Source of the DNA: Camelus ferus
Taxonomy: Eukaryota
Assembly: GCF_009834535.1 (NCBI RefSeq)
Contig: NC_045700.1
Location: 48,856,001 to 48,920,000 of the forward strand
Direction of reading: 5' to 3'
DNA length: 64,000 nucleotides
Positions 21,895 to 34,316 of this stretch are shown in pieces. Each line of letters begins with the position of its first letter. The first letter of the stretch is position 1. The position numbers were made by a program, and so were the translations under genes. The notes under the pieces are model-generated. The model had not been told where the DNA came from and searched no databases. It saw only the letters and a program-made list of their open reading frames with translations.

Positions 21895-22230
21895 ACAAAA
21901 CAGATCAAAACCATAAAAGTGTGTTCATACTCTTTGATCCAGTAATACCATTTCTAGAACTACAGCCCAAGAAATTAACAATTAACAAATGAGAAAAAGC
22001 TCTGGTACACAAAGTTTCCTCTCCTATACAACATTATTGATGATAATATTGAAGAATTGAAACAAACTATATATCCAATAACAGAACAAAGTAATTATTA
22101 GACATTACTCTATAGGAATTTTGCATGCACAAAATGAATATTATAAAGACTGTAAATATATGAAAAAATTAAAATATAAAGCTAACTAAACATTAGAAAT
22201 AGATTGTAATATTGTATGTATATAAACATT
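21895..22230 (+). mobile_element. Old L1 fragment (L1ME-like)
   Basis: CTTTGATCCAGTAATACCATTTCTAG ORF2-end-like motif followed by A-rich degenerate 3' sequence. Confidence 0.6.
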
Positions 22231-22454
22231 TTAAAATTGGTCTTTAATATGTAAATTTTAAACAAGCTTGGTTATTCTCCTTTTTTGAAAAGGGGAAAAG
22301 AGATAATTTAACACTAAAGACATTACTGACAAAAGAAAAACACATCCATTTACAAGTTTCTATGTAAATAAATTTGAATTTTTGTTAAAAAGAATCTAAC
22401 ATCTCTTATGTGCGTATGACATTCTAGTTAATTTAACATCATTTAATCCTTCCT

Positions 22455-22590
22455 TACAATATACCCAGTGAAGCAGGTATTATTAGCTCCATTTTACAGA
22501 AGGAAAAAAACAAGCCAGAAGAGGTTAAATAATTTTCCCAGGACCACACAGCTAGCAAATGGTAAGTTCAGAATTTTCACCTGGTTCTGC
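22455..22590 (-). mobile_element. MIR SINE
   Basis: GGTATTATTAGCTCCATTTTACAGA...GAGGTTAAATAATTTTCCCAGGACCACACAGCTAG. Confidence 0.82.
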
Positions 22591-25500
22591 TGCATAATAA
22601 TCTGAAACAAAATGTCCATCATTGAGAACTTGACCATTATAAACCTTAAAAAGTGGGGACAAGAGAAAGAGAGAAAGGGAAAGAAAATTTTGGAATTATC
22701 TACATGAACTTCTTCCTAAGGAGTAGTCAGACATCACAGAAGTTAATGAGGAAGGTCGTGTTGGCGGACGGGGTGACTTCTGGGAATTCTGATTGATCAT
22801 TTGGAGCTTAAGGGTTACGATTTTGGTGACAATGATAAAATTGCTCAAGTACTTGAGTGGCTTGATTAGGATGCAACCCACCCTCAGAATCAGATAGGAG
22901 ATTGGATGCTACCATCTTTCTATAGACCAGCAATTCAGCTTGGTACTTCATGACACTTTGGCTTCAAGTAATCTTTCAGCTTTCCAAAGGTAGTTGGAGC
23001 TTCAGACTCAGACCTGTTTCTGCAGTGACAGAGGATCCTGTAGCTATCTCCCATACATGGATCATAAGAAGCTGTGAGGCTTGGCAACCTTTGGCTGCAA
23101 GTGATAGCCTTGATCTGCAGAGAATCTTGCAAAAATAATGTTGGCAAAAAGCTAATTTTACTGAATTCGTGGAACTGGTAGGCACTGGTAGGGAAAGGGT
23201 ATTTCAGAGATTCATACATTTTCCTCTAGGACTTAAAAGTGTGGATTCCTGATTGAAGATGACAGGTAGATGTTGTCTTTGAGCTTCTTCCATGCTCTTC
23301 AAGTTACATTAGGGTGGCCTAGGCACCATGGATGAAGTGCGAGTGAGAATTTATATTTCACAGTGGTTTGGTTATTAGGTCAACCTTTAATGCTACCCAG
23401 ACTGTACTGTGCTTGCCAGAGCCTTCTGGTAAATAATAACATTAGTCAAAAAGTTGAGGTTGTTCATACCTGAAATAGCTCAATTTTTATTTTACATGGC
23501 TGTGGGCAGAAAAATTTCAGTGGTTAGTTTAGTTACAAGCACCAGCAGATAATTTTCAGAACAGTCCGTGGTGGTAGCATGAATTGGGGCAATACTGCTT
23601 GGAGGGCCGTTTGTTGCTTGAGTGACCAAGATAGGCAAGGATGGGGTGTATATTTGTTGTGTGGGAGAAGGGTTGAGGTAGGAAGGTTAAAGCTCATGTG
23701 CAGCCAAATCTTATTAAGGTAAAAAAGGAATGGAACTGCTTTTATCCCTCCCTCTGCATATAATTCTGGCTTCATGTTACTCATATTGCATTCATCTATA
23801 TTATTATCCATATTATCCATATATATTTATATTATTCCTTTTGTATTGTTTCAACTTTTTGTTTGCTTTCAAGTCAGTCCATACTGTGTATTTTAGCTTA
23901 AAACTCACTGTGCAAAAATTCTAGGGTGGGGAGGTAGTGAGAACATTTTTACTTCCCGAAACCTGGTGCAAGGTTTTGTATCTCCCGTTGGATAGTAACG
24001 TTGGTTAAAATTTGCAGTTCTGTGAAATCTTTTCCTTGGTGACGAGTGAGGAGTCCAAGGTTTGGAAATGCCTTGTGTCTACCAGTAGTCTTAGCATTGT
24101 TACCAACACATTGTTAAATAACTCAGTTGTATGGTATTTGCTCATATGGGTATTAAAATCTACAATAATTTAAAAAATTGAAGTTCTTAATATGAGCAGC
24201 TTCAGGGGACAGGAAATGCTGTAATTAGCTGAGGTGCATGGAATGACCCATCAACCCTTCTGCCTGAAAACCTTAACTCCAGAGTAGAGAAAAGAGGCCC
24301 ACTGGATCTTTTTGTTTCTTTTTAAAAATGCTTTTAAGCCTATCTAAAGTCTCTTTGTATTATGGGAATTTAAAAACAAATATGGAATCTAAACTTCTCT
24401 TGAGGATTCTATTCATTTGGGTGGTTTTCAATCCAGATAACTAATGATGCAACTTGGGTATTTTCTTAGCTTACATTTTCTGCAAAAAAGATTCAATATT
24501 TAATTTTTGATGTACATCAGATGAGCAAAGAATAGATTATTATGTCAAAGTATGCTATTTAGAGATTCCATTATGGAGAAATCTTGGAGTTGTCACACTG
24601 GTTGTTACATGAATGGTATTATTTTTAATAAAAGCATGACTTTTGGCCATCATTTTATTCCCCCCTCATTGGGATATAAGCAGCATCACATGATTTTCTT
24701 AAGCTTGTGAAGGAAAAACCCTATTATTCTATCAGTGACCTTTGGCAGGCAACTGATCTCTTGAACTTCTCATGTCTCTGGAGTGTCTGACTAAGGTTTC
24801 TTCCGGTCAAGCCATCGACAATCCAAATGTCAAACAACAATGTGGCCATTTTTCATCTTGAGATAAGTGTTTCTCCAATAAGATGATCAATTAGTCTCAT
24901 TCACATTTCAACACACCTCCCCGTGTATTTTTATGCCATACAAGGATCTCTGTAGTCCTATTACCTTCTTATTAGAAAACCTCTTCATTTAGATTTCAGG
25001 CTATTAGAACACATAATCAATCCAAACACACCTCGTGTATGACCCATGTGTATTGACAATTTCATTATACCCATACATCCTCTAAAGGTGGTATTATGAA
25101 AAAAAAATCTCTCTTCTAAAGGATATGAACTAAAGTCTTTCATAGGAAATATCCCACTTTATTTCAAGTTCTGGAAATGATCTTTTTTTCTGAGGTGAAA
25201 CTTACTTTCAATTAATTATAATTCCTTAGGATTTTTTTCACTTAGAAATGAGGCATTTCATGGAACACGATATAAGAAAAATTAAAAATTTGTTTTTTGC
25301 TAGAAAGATATTTAAGATGCCACACTTTCTTCTAAATAAAAGTCTAATGTGGGAAACATTAGGGGTACATTTTGAGAATTCTCAAAGTGTCATTACATAT
25401 TACTTTTGGAAAATTTTGCCTGCTGTCTGAGATTGTGTAGATATAGCTATAACCACTGCTTCAAATGCAGCCAGATTTTAAGTATGAACTACTGGCTTTT

Positions 25501-27808
25501 TTTCTTAATTTCTTATTAATGGTAACATCATCCACATCTACCCAAGTTTTTGAAACTATTTTACATTACAGTTGGATGATTTATACATCCTGCCCAAGAG
25601 ATACCTACATTTTAGAGAGAACTATGAGTGCTCTCATTTTTAGAGATCTTATTTTTAATTAATGAAGTTTAAAAAGGCCCTTTCTGAGAATGTTGCTTGG
25701 GAGCTCAGAGTGCTTACATTTCTGAATATAAACTCAAATAATTTTTGGAAGCACAGTAAAAATATAGTACTAAATATGTATGTGTACATATATGTCTGGG
25801 TATAGTGAGAGAGAAAAATAGTTCCGTGTCCAAAATCAGTCTTTAATAACACACTTCAGAAATTTGGAATATTGAACATATTCAAAACAGCTGTCTTAAC
25901 ATAATAACAAAACACTTTTCTACATTTGAAAGTGAAACAGTAGTTCCAATGAGCATTATAAATAGAACAATCTTCACTGGTTTATTAATTCATTCTTTCT
26001 TTCCTATGACAAGCCAGTGACAAGCACCTAATCTGGGCCAGGTAATGTACAAGGCACTGGAGATACAAAGATAAATGACAATCTGTGCCCTCCTGGAGAT
26101 TTTTTTCCTCCTGGAGTTTTAATGTTTAATTTCTTTTGTGCTTTTATTAGGAAGGAAAGGCAGAAGAGGAGGAAAATGATTGTCTAAAAAAGGAATGGAA
26201 GCTTGAGTCAGAAGCTATTATTCAGGTTTTCTTGGGAGATTCTGAACTCATTCCATTATTAGAATGGTCTCACTTCTCCAACTGAGACGAAACATGCATA
26301 CTCCTCTTCTGCCTTACAGACAGGATGAACAGAAACAAAACAGCATGTAAACTGAAGTCAGGAAGGTATGGGCTGAAATACTAACCCTGCTGCCAAGTAC
26401 ACTGTACCTTTCTGTAATTTACTTATCTAGCTCCTTTGTGGATTGTTTTCCTCATTGCAGAATAGAATAAAAATATCATTTGGTCCTTGCTAAAGGCTTA
26501 TTCTTTCCCCTTCTAGTCCTTTCCTTTCCCTTCAAGCATTGAATATCATTGATCTGAAAATGAGGCTCCAGATAAAAAATTTTAAATAATTTGAAATCTG
26601 GAAATTGTGACTTTTACATGATGTAGCTTACTTGCTAACCTTGATGTTTTATAAGATGTAAAAATGATGTCAGGACTCCCTAATTTCTTGGTCTGGTTGT
26701 GCATATATGGCCCTGGTCCCAGACTAAATATAGCACATCTTGCTCCTTGGGTCAGTTTCTAATCCCTAGTTTGAATGAACAAACCTTTCCAGACAAGGTT
26801 TAGTTCACAAATGCATTTAGGTAGGCACTGCATATATCTGCCAATGCGTCACCAAGTGAAAACAGGTCATCAACATTAGCTGGGCTAACAGAAAAGCAAC
26901 TTGCATTAGGAAGCCAGCAATCTCACCAACAAATCCTGCTGGGGATTGACTAAACATAATTGTTAATTGAAAAAAACTTAAACATAGAGTATTAGGGATA
27001 TATTCTCCCACTGACAGTTGCACATAATTCCCTGAAGTGTTAATGAAAGCTCAGCAAGTGCATCATCGGAAGAATCTACCTCTTAACAGCCACGTTCATC
27101 TGTCAGTCTCCATTCACAGACTCTTGAAGGGAGGGTGAAAAAGGAAAGAAAATCCCATGGAAGTTTCAAATAAGAGGAGTCCATCTATTTACACTTACCA
27201 GTTCACCACAACACAGCCTTAGCTTTAAAATGGCTAAACTCTTTGGAAGCATATGTTCTCATCTCTGAGGACGGACTTGCTCTTTACCTTTCTAGAATAG
27301 ATTAATGGGATTTCATCTTACTTATCCCCATGAAGGACAAGGTTTAAAATGCCAGGGCCCTCTGATTTAGAGGGACATTTAAGGCTTTTTTCTTTTTTTT
27401 TTGCCTTGGCCAAAATGTCTCTGAATTCACGGACTTAAAGCTAAGAACAGACTTTATGCTCTCAGGATACCAGTAGAAGTTAAATGTCTTTATTTTTCCA
27501 TTCATTCCATTGAAATAAACAAGCCTATATTTTCCAATTTCTTCGCTAACTGAAATCAATTTCTGCAGGGGATGAAAGTTACTATCACAACTCAGTGTGA
27601 AAAGTCAACGAGAAACTGAAGACTACTGTTTCTGCCACCACTTGAAGTGATTACAGTAGCAGGTGTGGACTGCCTGCACAGTAGTCCTTTAAGCCAGGCC
27701 CCAAAGAATCCTTCCTTCTCTGTGCGGTCCTCCCTAGTAAAACAACCGTTCAATCTAAATGAAACTGAAAAAACTATCCTTTAGCCATTTGTTGTTTGGC
27801 TTGCAGCT

Positions 27809-28260
27809 TGTATTCATTTACCATAATTGCCTTAGCAAATTAACACAAACGTAGTGGTTTAAAGCAATCCAAATTTATTATCTGACAGTCCTGGAGGTGG
27901 GTCTCACTGGCCTAAAATGAAGGTGTTGGCAGACTATCTTCCTTCCTAGAGGCCTTGGCGGGGACCAGTTTTCTGTCCTGTCCAGCACCAGAGGCTCTGC
28001 GTTCCTTGGTTTGGGATCTTTAAAGCCAGCAGTAGCTGCAGTGAGTCGGTCACATCACATCACCCTGACACTGATCCTTCCTCCTCGTCCGGCTTCCACT
28101 TTTAAGGACCCTTGTGAATACCGGATAATCTGGGATAATCTCCTTTAAGGCCAGTTGACTAGCAACCTTAACTCCAACTGTAAGCAGAATTCTTCTTTGC
28201 TCTGTAAACATAACATATTCACAGTTTCTGGGGATTAGGACGTGGACATCTTTGCCTACA
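27809..28260 (-). mobile_element. MaLR LTR (MLT1 family), near full length
   Basis: TGTATTCATTTACC...GTAGTGGTTTAAAGCAA...ACATATTCACAGTTTCTGGGGATTAGGACGTGGACATCTTTG...CTACA; TG...CA ends. Confidence 0.88.
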
Positions 28261-29459
28261 ACGGGCTGAATAAAATCCCCTCCCCAAACAAATAAAACAG
28301 CAACAAAAAAGGAAACAAATTACCCTTTTTCAGAAGAGTAAGATAAAACCCTTCTCCGATGAAGGTATTTGTCATTTGGTTGGAGGTTTGGGAGCAACTA
28401 TTTTTGAATCACAAACTCCAAGTGAGACTTGTCAAGCTGGAGGAGTTCCCAGACTAGTGACAGTCATAGCTAAAATAAAATTCTGAGTCCTCTAGGGGTT
28501 CATGCTTCAAACAGTAAACAGGAGTAAACAATTCCTTTCTTACAAGTGTCTGTAGGGGACAGTTTAAATATGTATCATCCCAATCTGAACTGCACTGAGA
28601 GAGCTGGATAAGTGTCCCCTTTCCTCAAAGCTTACATTGCAAGTTCCTGTTGTAGCTGTGAAGACCCTGACTATGGGACTGGCAATCCAGGGTGGGCAAT
28701 TTTGCAGAGAGTGGCTTTGATTGGAAGCTGGGGCATAAGATACTTACTGTCATTCTGTAATTGACACATCTTTTTCTGTCTCTTTCTGATAATTTGGGGG
28801 ATAGGGAGCATCTTTATTTCCTCTTCCCACCCCTCATTTCTGCCTCCTTGTGTCTTTGGCCTGCCAGGGATACCCAGTGTTTCCTAAATGGAAGGGTGCA
28901 AGTTACCATTCTGTGAAAGGTATGAAGCTTTTACAGCAGAATCCTATGTAACTGTGACAAACCACTAGATTGGGCTTGGTTTCCTCTATTGCTTCTCATT
29001 CTTCCTCTGACCTTTTTAAAAAAACAAAAACAAAAACAAAAAACTGTAACATAAAGGATCTTTCCCAAGTCAAAAGATTCAAAGACAAGTCAGTCAAGGA
29101 CAAAACATAATGAAATCCTTTAGGATTTGGGGGGAGGGGTGTGGGTGGTAAGGGGAAAAAATCCATCTGTTCTTAGGTACTAGTAGTAGACTATTTCTGT
29201 CCCCCTCCACCCCTCAGTCCTCACCCCTGTGCCAGCCCTTTCTGAAACGGCCCCAAGGGCCTCCCTGCATTCCTAGAAGCATAAACTTTTCAATATATGT
29301 AGATGCTTCTGATTTGCTCCTGCTGATGCTTGTGCTAAAAGAAGTTGCTGAATTCTATTTCCCCAAGAATTAATGGGTCACAGGCTGATTTTAGACCTGC
29401 TGGATGATGAAAAGAAAAGAACTCTTATCTTACAAGTCTTTGATTTTAATGATCACTGA

Positions 29460-29951
29460 TGTAGGCAGTCTTTAAGATGAATGCAATGGTCTTCCATTCC
29501 TCGGGTGTGGGCTGAACATAGTACCTACTTCCAACCCACAGAATGTGGCAAAAACGATGAGATTTTGGTTCTAAGATTAGGCTATAAAAAGACTCTGGCT
29601 CCCATCATGCTTGCCCTCAACATATGTTTGCTCTGATGAAAATCTGCTGCCATGGTTGAGCTGCCCTATGGATAAGGAACTGAGGTAGGCTTGGGGTGAC
29701 AGCCAGGAAGTTGGGACCCAGGCCCTCAAAGCAACATCCTCAGAGTAACTGAATCCCATCGACAGTCACCTGAGTGCTCTTGGAAGTGGACCTTTCTGTG
29801 GTCAAGCCTTGAGCTGACTGTTGTCCTTGAGGCTGAGGCAGCTGGCAAACCTGGATTCTTTGCCCACAAAAACTGTGGGAAAATAAATGCTTATTGTCTA
29901 AACCTCTAAGTATTGGGATATCTTGTTCTATGACAATAGACAACTAATACA
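29460..29951 (+). mobile_element. MaLR LTR (MLT1 family)
   Basis: Ends AAAATAAATG...CCTCTAAGTATTGGG...CAATAGACAACTAATACA, with an AATAAA signal. Confidence 0.85.
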
Positions 29952-29974
29952 ATAATGAAATGGCATTACAGAAA

Positions 29975-30710
29975 GTTTGGAAAATAGAGGGTGAAAAGAA
30001 TCACCCATAACTCTACCACTCAATCACAACTATGGCTTTAATTTTTCCATGTGTTTTTTTCAGTCTGCATACATATGTACACACATATTTATATTGCTTA
30101 TAAGCATGATGTGAATAAAATTCTGCATCCTATTTTTCATTTAACATAAAGCCATAAGTATTTCCACATTGCTATAAGAAAAAAAATCTTGGTCCTTACA
30201 ATTTGTAATGGCTGGTTAATATTCTCTCAAGTGAAAGTACAATAATTTAGCTGATTTCCTCATTCTTTTTGGGTTTGTGGGTTACTTCCTATTTTATTTT
30301 ATTTATTTTTTGGTGGGGGAGAGCAATTAGGTTTAAATATGTATTTATTTATAGAGGCTGTATTGGGAATTGAACCCAGGACCCTGTGCATGCTAAGCAT
30401 GTGTTCTACCACTTGAGCTATACCCTCCCCCTCCTTACTTCCTATTTTACTTGCAATTGAAAATAACATAGCAATCATCATCTTGTGTATGTGCTGCTGT
30501 CTTCTTTTTTCTCTCACCACTTAAATTTTCCCCCTACCATTGTCTTCCTTGGTACAGTTCTCAATTTGCTGTAATAACTCCTCAGATAATCCTCAGTGGT
30601 CGGTGGACGGCAAAATTTCTGAGTCACTTCATATCCAAAGCTATCTTTGTTTTTCTCCTCATTAAATATTAATTTAGATGGCTATTGATTTTTGGTTGAA
30701 AATTGCCATG
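29975..30710 (-). mobile_element. Old L1 (L1ME/MC-like) interrupted by a SINE
   Basis: Degenerate antisense L1 3' text on both sides of the SINE at 30297-30434. Confidence 0.6.
30297..30434 (-). mobile_element. Vic-1-type SINE with 15-bp TSD, nested in an old L1
   Basis: tRNA-Ala head; identical TTACTTCCTATTTTA at 30282-30296 and 30435-30449. Confidence 0.93.
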
Positions 30711-30947
30711 CCCAAATAGATGACAATATCAAACTTAAGAAAAATTCCACCTCCCCAATAAGAAGATAGTTTAAAAATTTTTAGCTAAATAATAGACAAT
30801 TTTATACAAGGAAACAAAATGGGTAATGGAAATTTATAATATTTAATTTTGTCATTAATTTTGTAGCAAGCATTTAAAGCAACATATTACAAAAATTACT
30901 TCTTTTAGTTTGAAATATTGCTTCCTTTTTCTTGTTGAATTCGTAAA

Positions 30948-31080
30948 CTTTTGTTGTTGTTGTTGGAGTAGAATATACATAGCAAAAAATTGATCATTTT
31001 AACAATTTTTAAGCATACAGTTATCGGCATTAAGCATACTTACATTGTTGTGCATCTATCACTGTCATCTATTTCCAGAT
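30948..31080 (-). mobile_element. L1 3' end fragment (L1MB-like)
   Basis: CATTTTAACAATTTTTAAGCATACAG...TACATTGTTGTGCATCTATCAC...TATTTCCAGA. Confidence 0.75.
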
Positions 31081-31171
31081 CGGTATTACCTTTCCTCTGG
31101 ATTAGGAAATTTTTTCATAGGTGTGATTACAGGGCTAGAGCGTTTGCATCATGTGCCCTTTGTGAAATTCA

Positions 31172-31400
31172 ATAGTATTGTAGCGTCTAAGAGTATGGGT
31201 TGTGAAGTTAGACAAACCTGTATTTGAGTCCTGAATCTGAGTAATATTTTACAACATTGGGGAAGTTATCTAACTTCACTAAACCTCATGTCCTTCTTCT
31301 TCAAAGCGGGTAATAATGGCATCTAATACCTCATAATAATCGGTATAAAATTATATGTATAAAATACTTATTGTAGTGCCTGGCACATATTATTTATCAT
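31172..31400 (+). mobile_element. MIR SINE
   Basis: TTAGACAAACCTGTATTTGAGTCCTG...GGGAAGTTATCTAACTTCACTAAACCTC...GTAGTGCCTGGCACATA. Confidence 0.8.
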
Positions 31401-31598
31401 CATCATCTTTATTATCACCATATTCACAATCCTATAGAATCAGTTGTTCTTTGAATACTATGGCTTTTGACATTTTACAGCTTCTGTCATATATTATACT
31501 GTAAGGACATTTTGAACAATTTTTGTGTTTTGAACAAGATGTAATAGTATCAGGATTGTCTAAGGTGCCACTGGGGTGATTCTCTTTAAACTTGAACT

Positions 31599-31768
31599 AA
31601 AAAAAAAATTATTTATTTATTTTTATTTTATTGTGTCATTTAATTATTTTATTTTGGCAGGGGATAGGTAATTAGGTTTATTTATTTTTAGAGGAGGTAC
31701 TGGGGATTGAATCCAGGACCTTGTGCATACGAAGCATGTACTCTACCACTTGAGCTATACCCTCCCCC
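31599..31768 (-). mobile_element. Vic-1-type SINE with 12-bp TSD (1 mismatch)
   Basis: tRNA-Ala head; TAAACTTGAACT 31587-31598 versus TAAACATGAACT 31769-31780. Confidence 0.9.
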
Positions 31769-31880
31769 TAAACATGAACTTTTTACAGAACATAGAATCA
31801 AACCACAACAGTATTCACAGCATACCACAAGGCAGATTTCAGTATTAGAAGAAGTGCAATGGGAAAGAATATAAAACAAT

Positions 31881-31899
31881 GAGAGAGAGAGAGAGAGAG
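31881..31899. repeat. (GA)n microsatellite
   Basis: Directly visible. Confidence 0.9.
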
Positions 31900-32019
31900 G
31901 GAGATTGATTTTGAAAAAATGGGTAGAAAGAGAACCAGGGAAGTTCCTAGTTATTAAGCTATTAAGGAAAGCAATTGTAGAAAAAGAGGCGATCAGCGTT
32001 TAATCAAGTCCTGCAAATA

Positions 32020-32135
32020 TCCTCACAATACTCTTGTGAGACAGTGAAGAGTGACTAAGGCGAAATACAGAAAAGCTTACTTTCCCAGTGTCACACAGCC
32101 ATTTATTGGCAGAAGTGTGATTAGAATTGGGGCTC
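32020..32135 (-). mobile_element. MIR fragment
   Basis: CCTCACAATACTCTTGTGAG...TTTCCCAGTGTCACACAGC. Confidence 0.6.
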
Positions 32136-32160
32136 CCAATCCCATTTGCTTGGAGCTCAC

Positions 32161-32658
32161 TGTATTAGTCTATAAAGGATTAATTTTAGAAGGCGCTCCT
32201 TTTTACTTGAAATGAGTGGGTCTTTATGCAAACACAGACTCACAGAGAATGGACAGAGCACAGCTGTGCTGAGAGCTGCCATTTGCCCCCTGAGATCCAT
32301 GCCTACCCTTCTTCATCTGCATCAGAATTGGCAGGCAGAGGTTGCATTAGAGGGCCCCCTTGCCCTCCGGCTTCCTGGAGATTGGAGGGAGGAGATTATT
32401 ATCCTTCCGGTTTCCTCCTTAAGGAGTTTCATTAGGCTCCTGTCTGGCAACCCTGTGGGCACAACTTCTCAATCTTCAGATTCCAATAACGTCTCTATAC
32501 CCTTGTTACTGCAGGGTGAAAACAGCCCCAGGACACTACCGGACCATTCTTTGTTGATTCCCTCTACCCTGATGTGCCTTTGTAAATAGTCCTTTTACCA
32601 AAATCCCCTCAAATTATCCCCATAATATCAGTTTTCTGCTGGGACTCCAACTGATACA
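32161..32658 (+). mobile_element. ERVL-type LTR (LTR16-like)
   Basis: Ends TTCTGCTGGGACTCCAACTGATACA; internal CCTCCGGCTTCC...TGGAGATTGGAGGG motif; starts with TG. Confidence 0.7.
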
Positions 32659-34097
32659 CCAGCTTTATTGCCACTAACCAGAACTTTGTGGGGAGAAAGA
32701 GGAGGTGACCTAGCCTATGAGGAATCTGGTTTCTTGCTCCAGACTGGCTATGGCACATGCTGATGGCAAAGGAAGGGGAGTAGAGTTATTCCAATACTGT
32801 GAGTCCTCCAGAAAACTAACCCTTCCTCTTCCAGTCAAAGGTGGGATGACATTTCCATCAGTGTGGTCCCACCAGGTCAAGAAGGGAGGCCTGGACTGGG
32901 TGATACCCTGTTGCCCTAGGCTGTACTGGAGAGATGGCCATGGGGTCCCTCCTCTGGGTAGAGCCTCTTGTCTAGAGGCCCAAGTGTCTACTGATTCTTA
33001 AAAGTCACAGAGCTAAAAGGCAGTCAAATCGTCACATTTCCAACATATCACTGGCACCAAAATTACAGTATTATAATCAATCTTTGTATCTAAGGCTTTG
33101 CATTTTGGATACTTTAAGAAACAGTCTAGTGACCAGGGACTGGGTTTTAATGGGCAGCTGTGAATATGATGAATACAATCTCTACTATCCTAGAACTTAT
33201 GGTCTAGTGGAGGATGCAGTTAGATACATGAAAAGATAATGATGTGTCTGTTCCTTGTTTTGGCAAGGTTATTACAAGCAGAAGGTGGAATTCATATCTA
33301 CTGTTTTGTATCCATTGAGTACCAAGTACATAGTGACATTCAGTAAGTACTTTATTTTATACATTTCCTACTAATGGTTCAAAGTTTGTTACTCTGTATG
33401 CTTTGCTGTCAAAAGCATGAGATGTGGCCTCCAGGCAAAGAAGGAAATCAGTTGGGAAACGTGCTTTTTCAGCTCTCTGTACCTTCTGAGACAGCCAGCA
33501 AATCAGACTAGCTTGCCCCGGGTGTCTGCTGGACAGGGCCAGCTCCCCCACCACCCTCAGGCCTTCTTCCTGAGGCACAGGTGCTCCCCTCACTGATGAG
33601 CCTCCCCAGCCCGCTGTGAAGAACCATCTTCTAGTAAGGAAAAGAAAAAGAGGAAAGAACAGCAAGTTCTGTAGCCAAACCAGTTTCATCTCTTAGGGAC
33701 AAGAAGCTGTTCTTCAAATCACTTCACTGTGGAGAACGGGAAAGGAAAGACTATCTGAGGTTCAGTCATTTTTTTCTGTAGTTTTCTTGCTAAATTCTGG
33801 ATATTTATTGCCACTGCTTAATAGATTTTACTATTGCTCTTTTAGGAACTAAAGCCCAGTTATTCAAACTAATATATTCTAAGATTGTTTGGGAATGATT
33901 CATTTCAATACTTAATTTAACTTCCCACATTTTTAGTATTTTTAAACTTTTAATTGCAATGAATTTGTTAAATGAATGAGGGTTTGCATGATAGAAGTGA
34001 TTCTTTGCAAGGAAACTGAGTGGTTTAAAATGGACAGTAGCCCTTATATCAGTCACTATCATTTGGTATTAATACCACCCCTTCCACCTAGATTAAA

Positions 34098-34134
34098 TTA
34101 AAGAGTTAAATTCAAGTTAAAGAGTTAAATCAAG
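34098..34134. repeat. Near-perfect 19/18-bp tandem duplication
   Basis: TTAAAGAGTTAAATTCAAG followed by TTAAAGAGTTAAATCAAG. Confidence 0.88.
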
Positions 34135-34316
34135 TATAGTTATAATTACATTCACCATAAATTTCTTCAAAATTTTATTTTTATGTAGTTATCTAATTAT
34201 GTACCTTGTTTTTCATTTATCTTAACCACACTTAAGATTTTAAAGATTGTTACCTTAACCTGCTAGCATGTCCATTTTATATTTGCAGTAATTTACTCAT
34301 GACCTTAAGCTTTATT

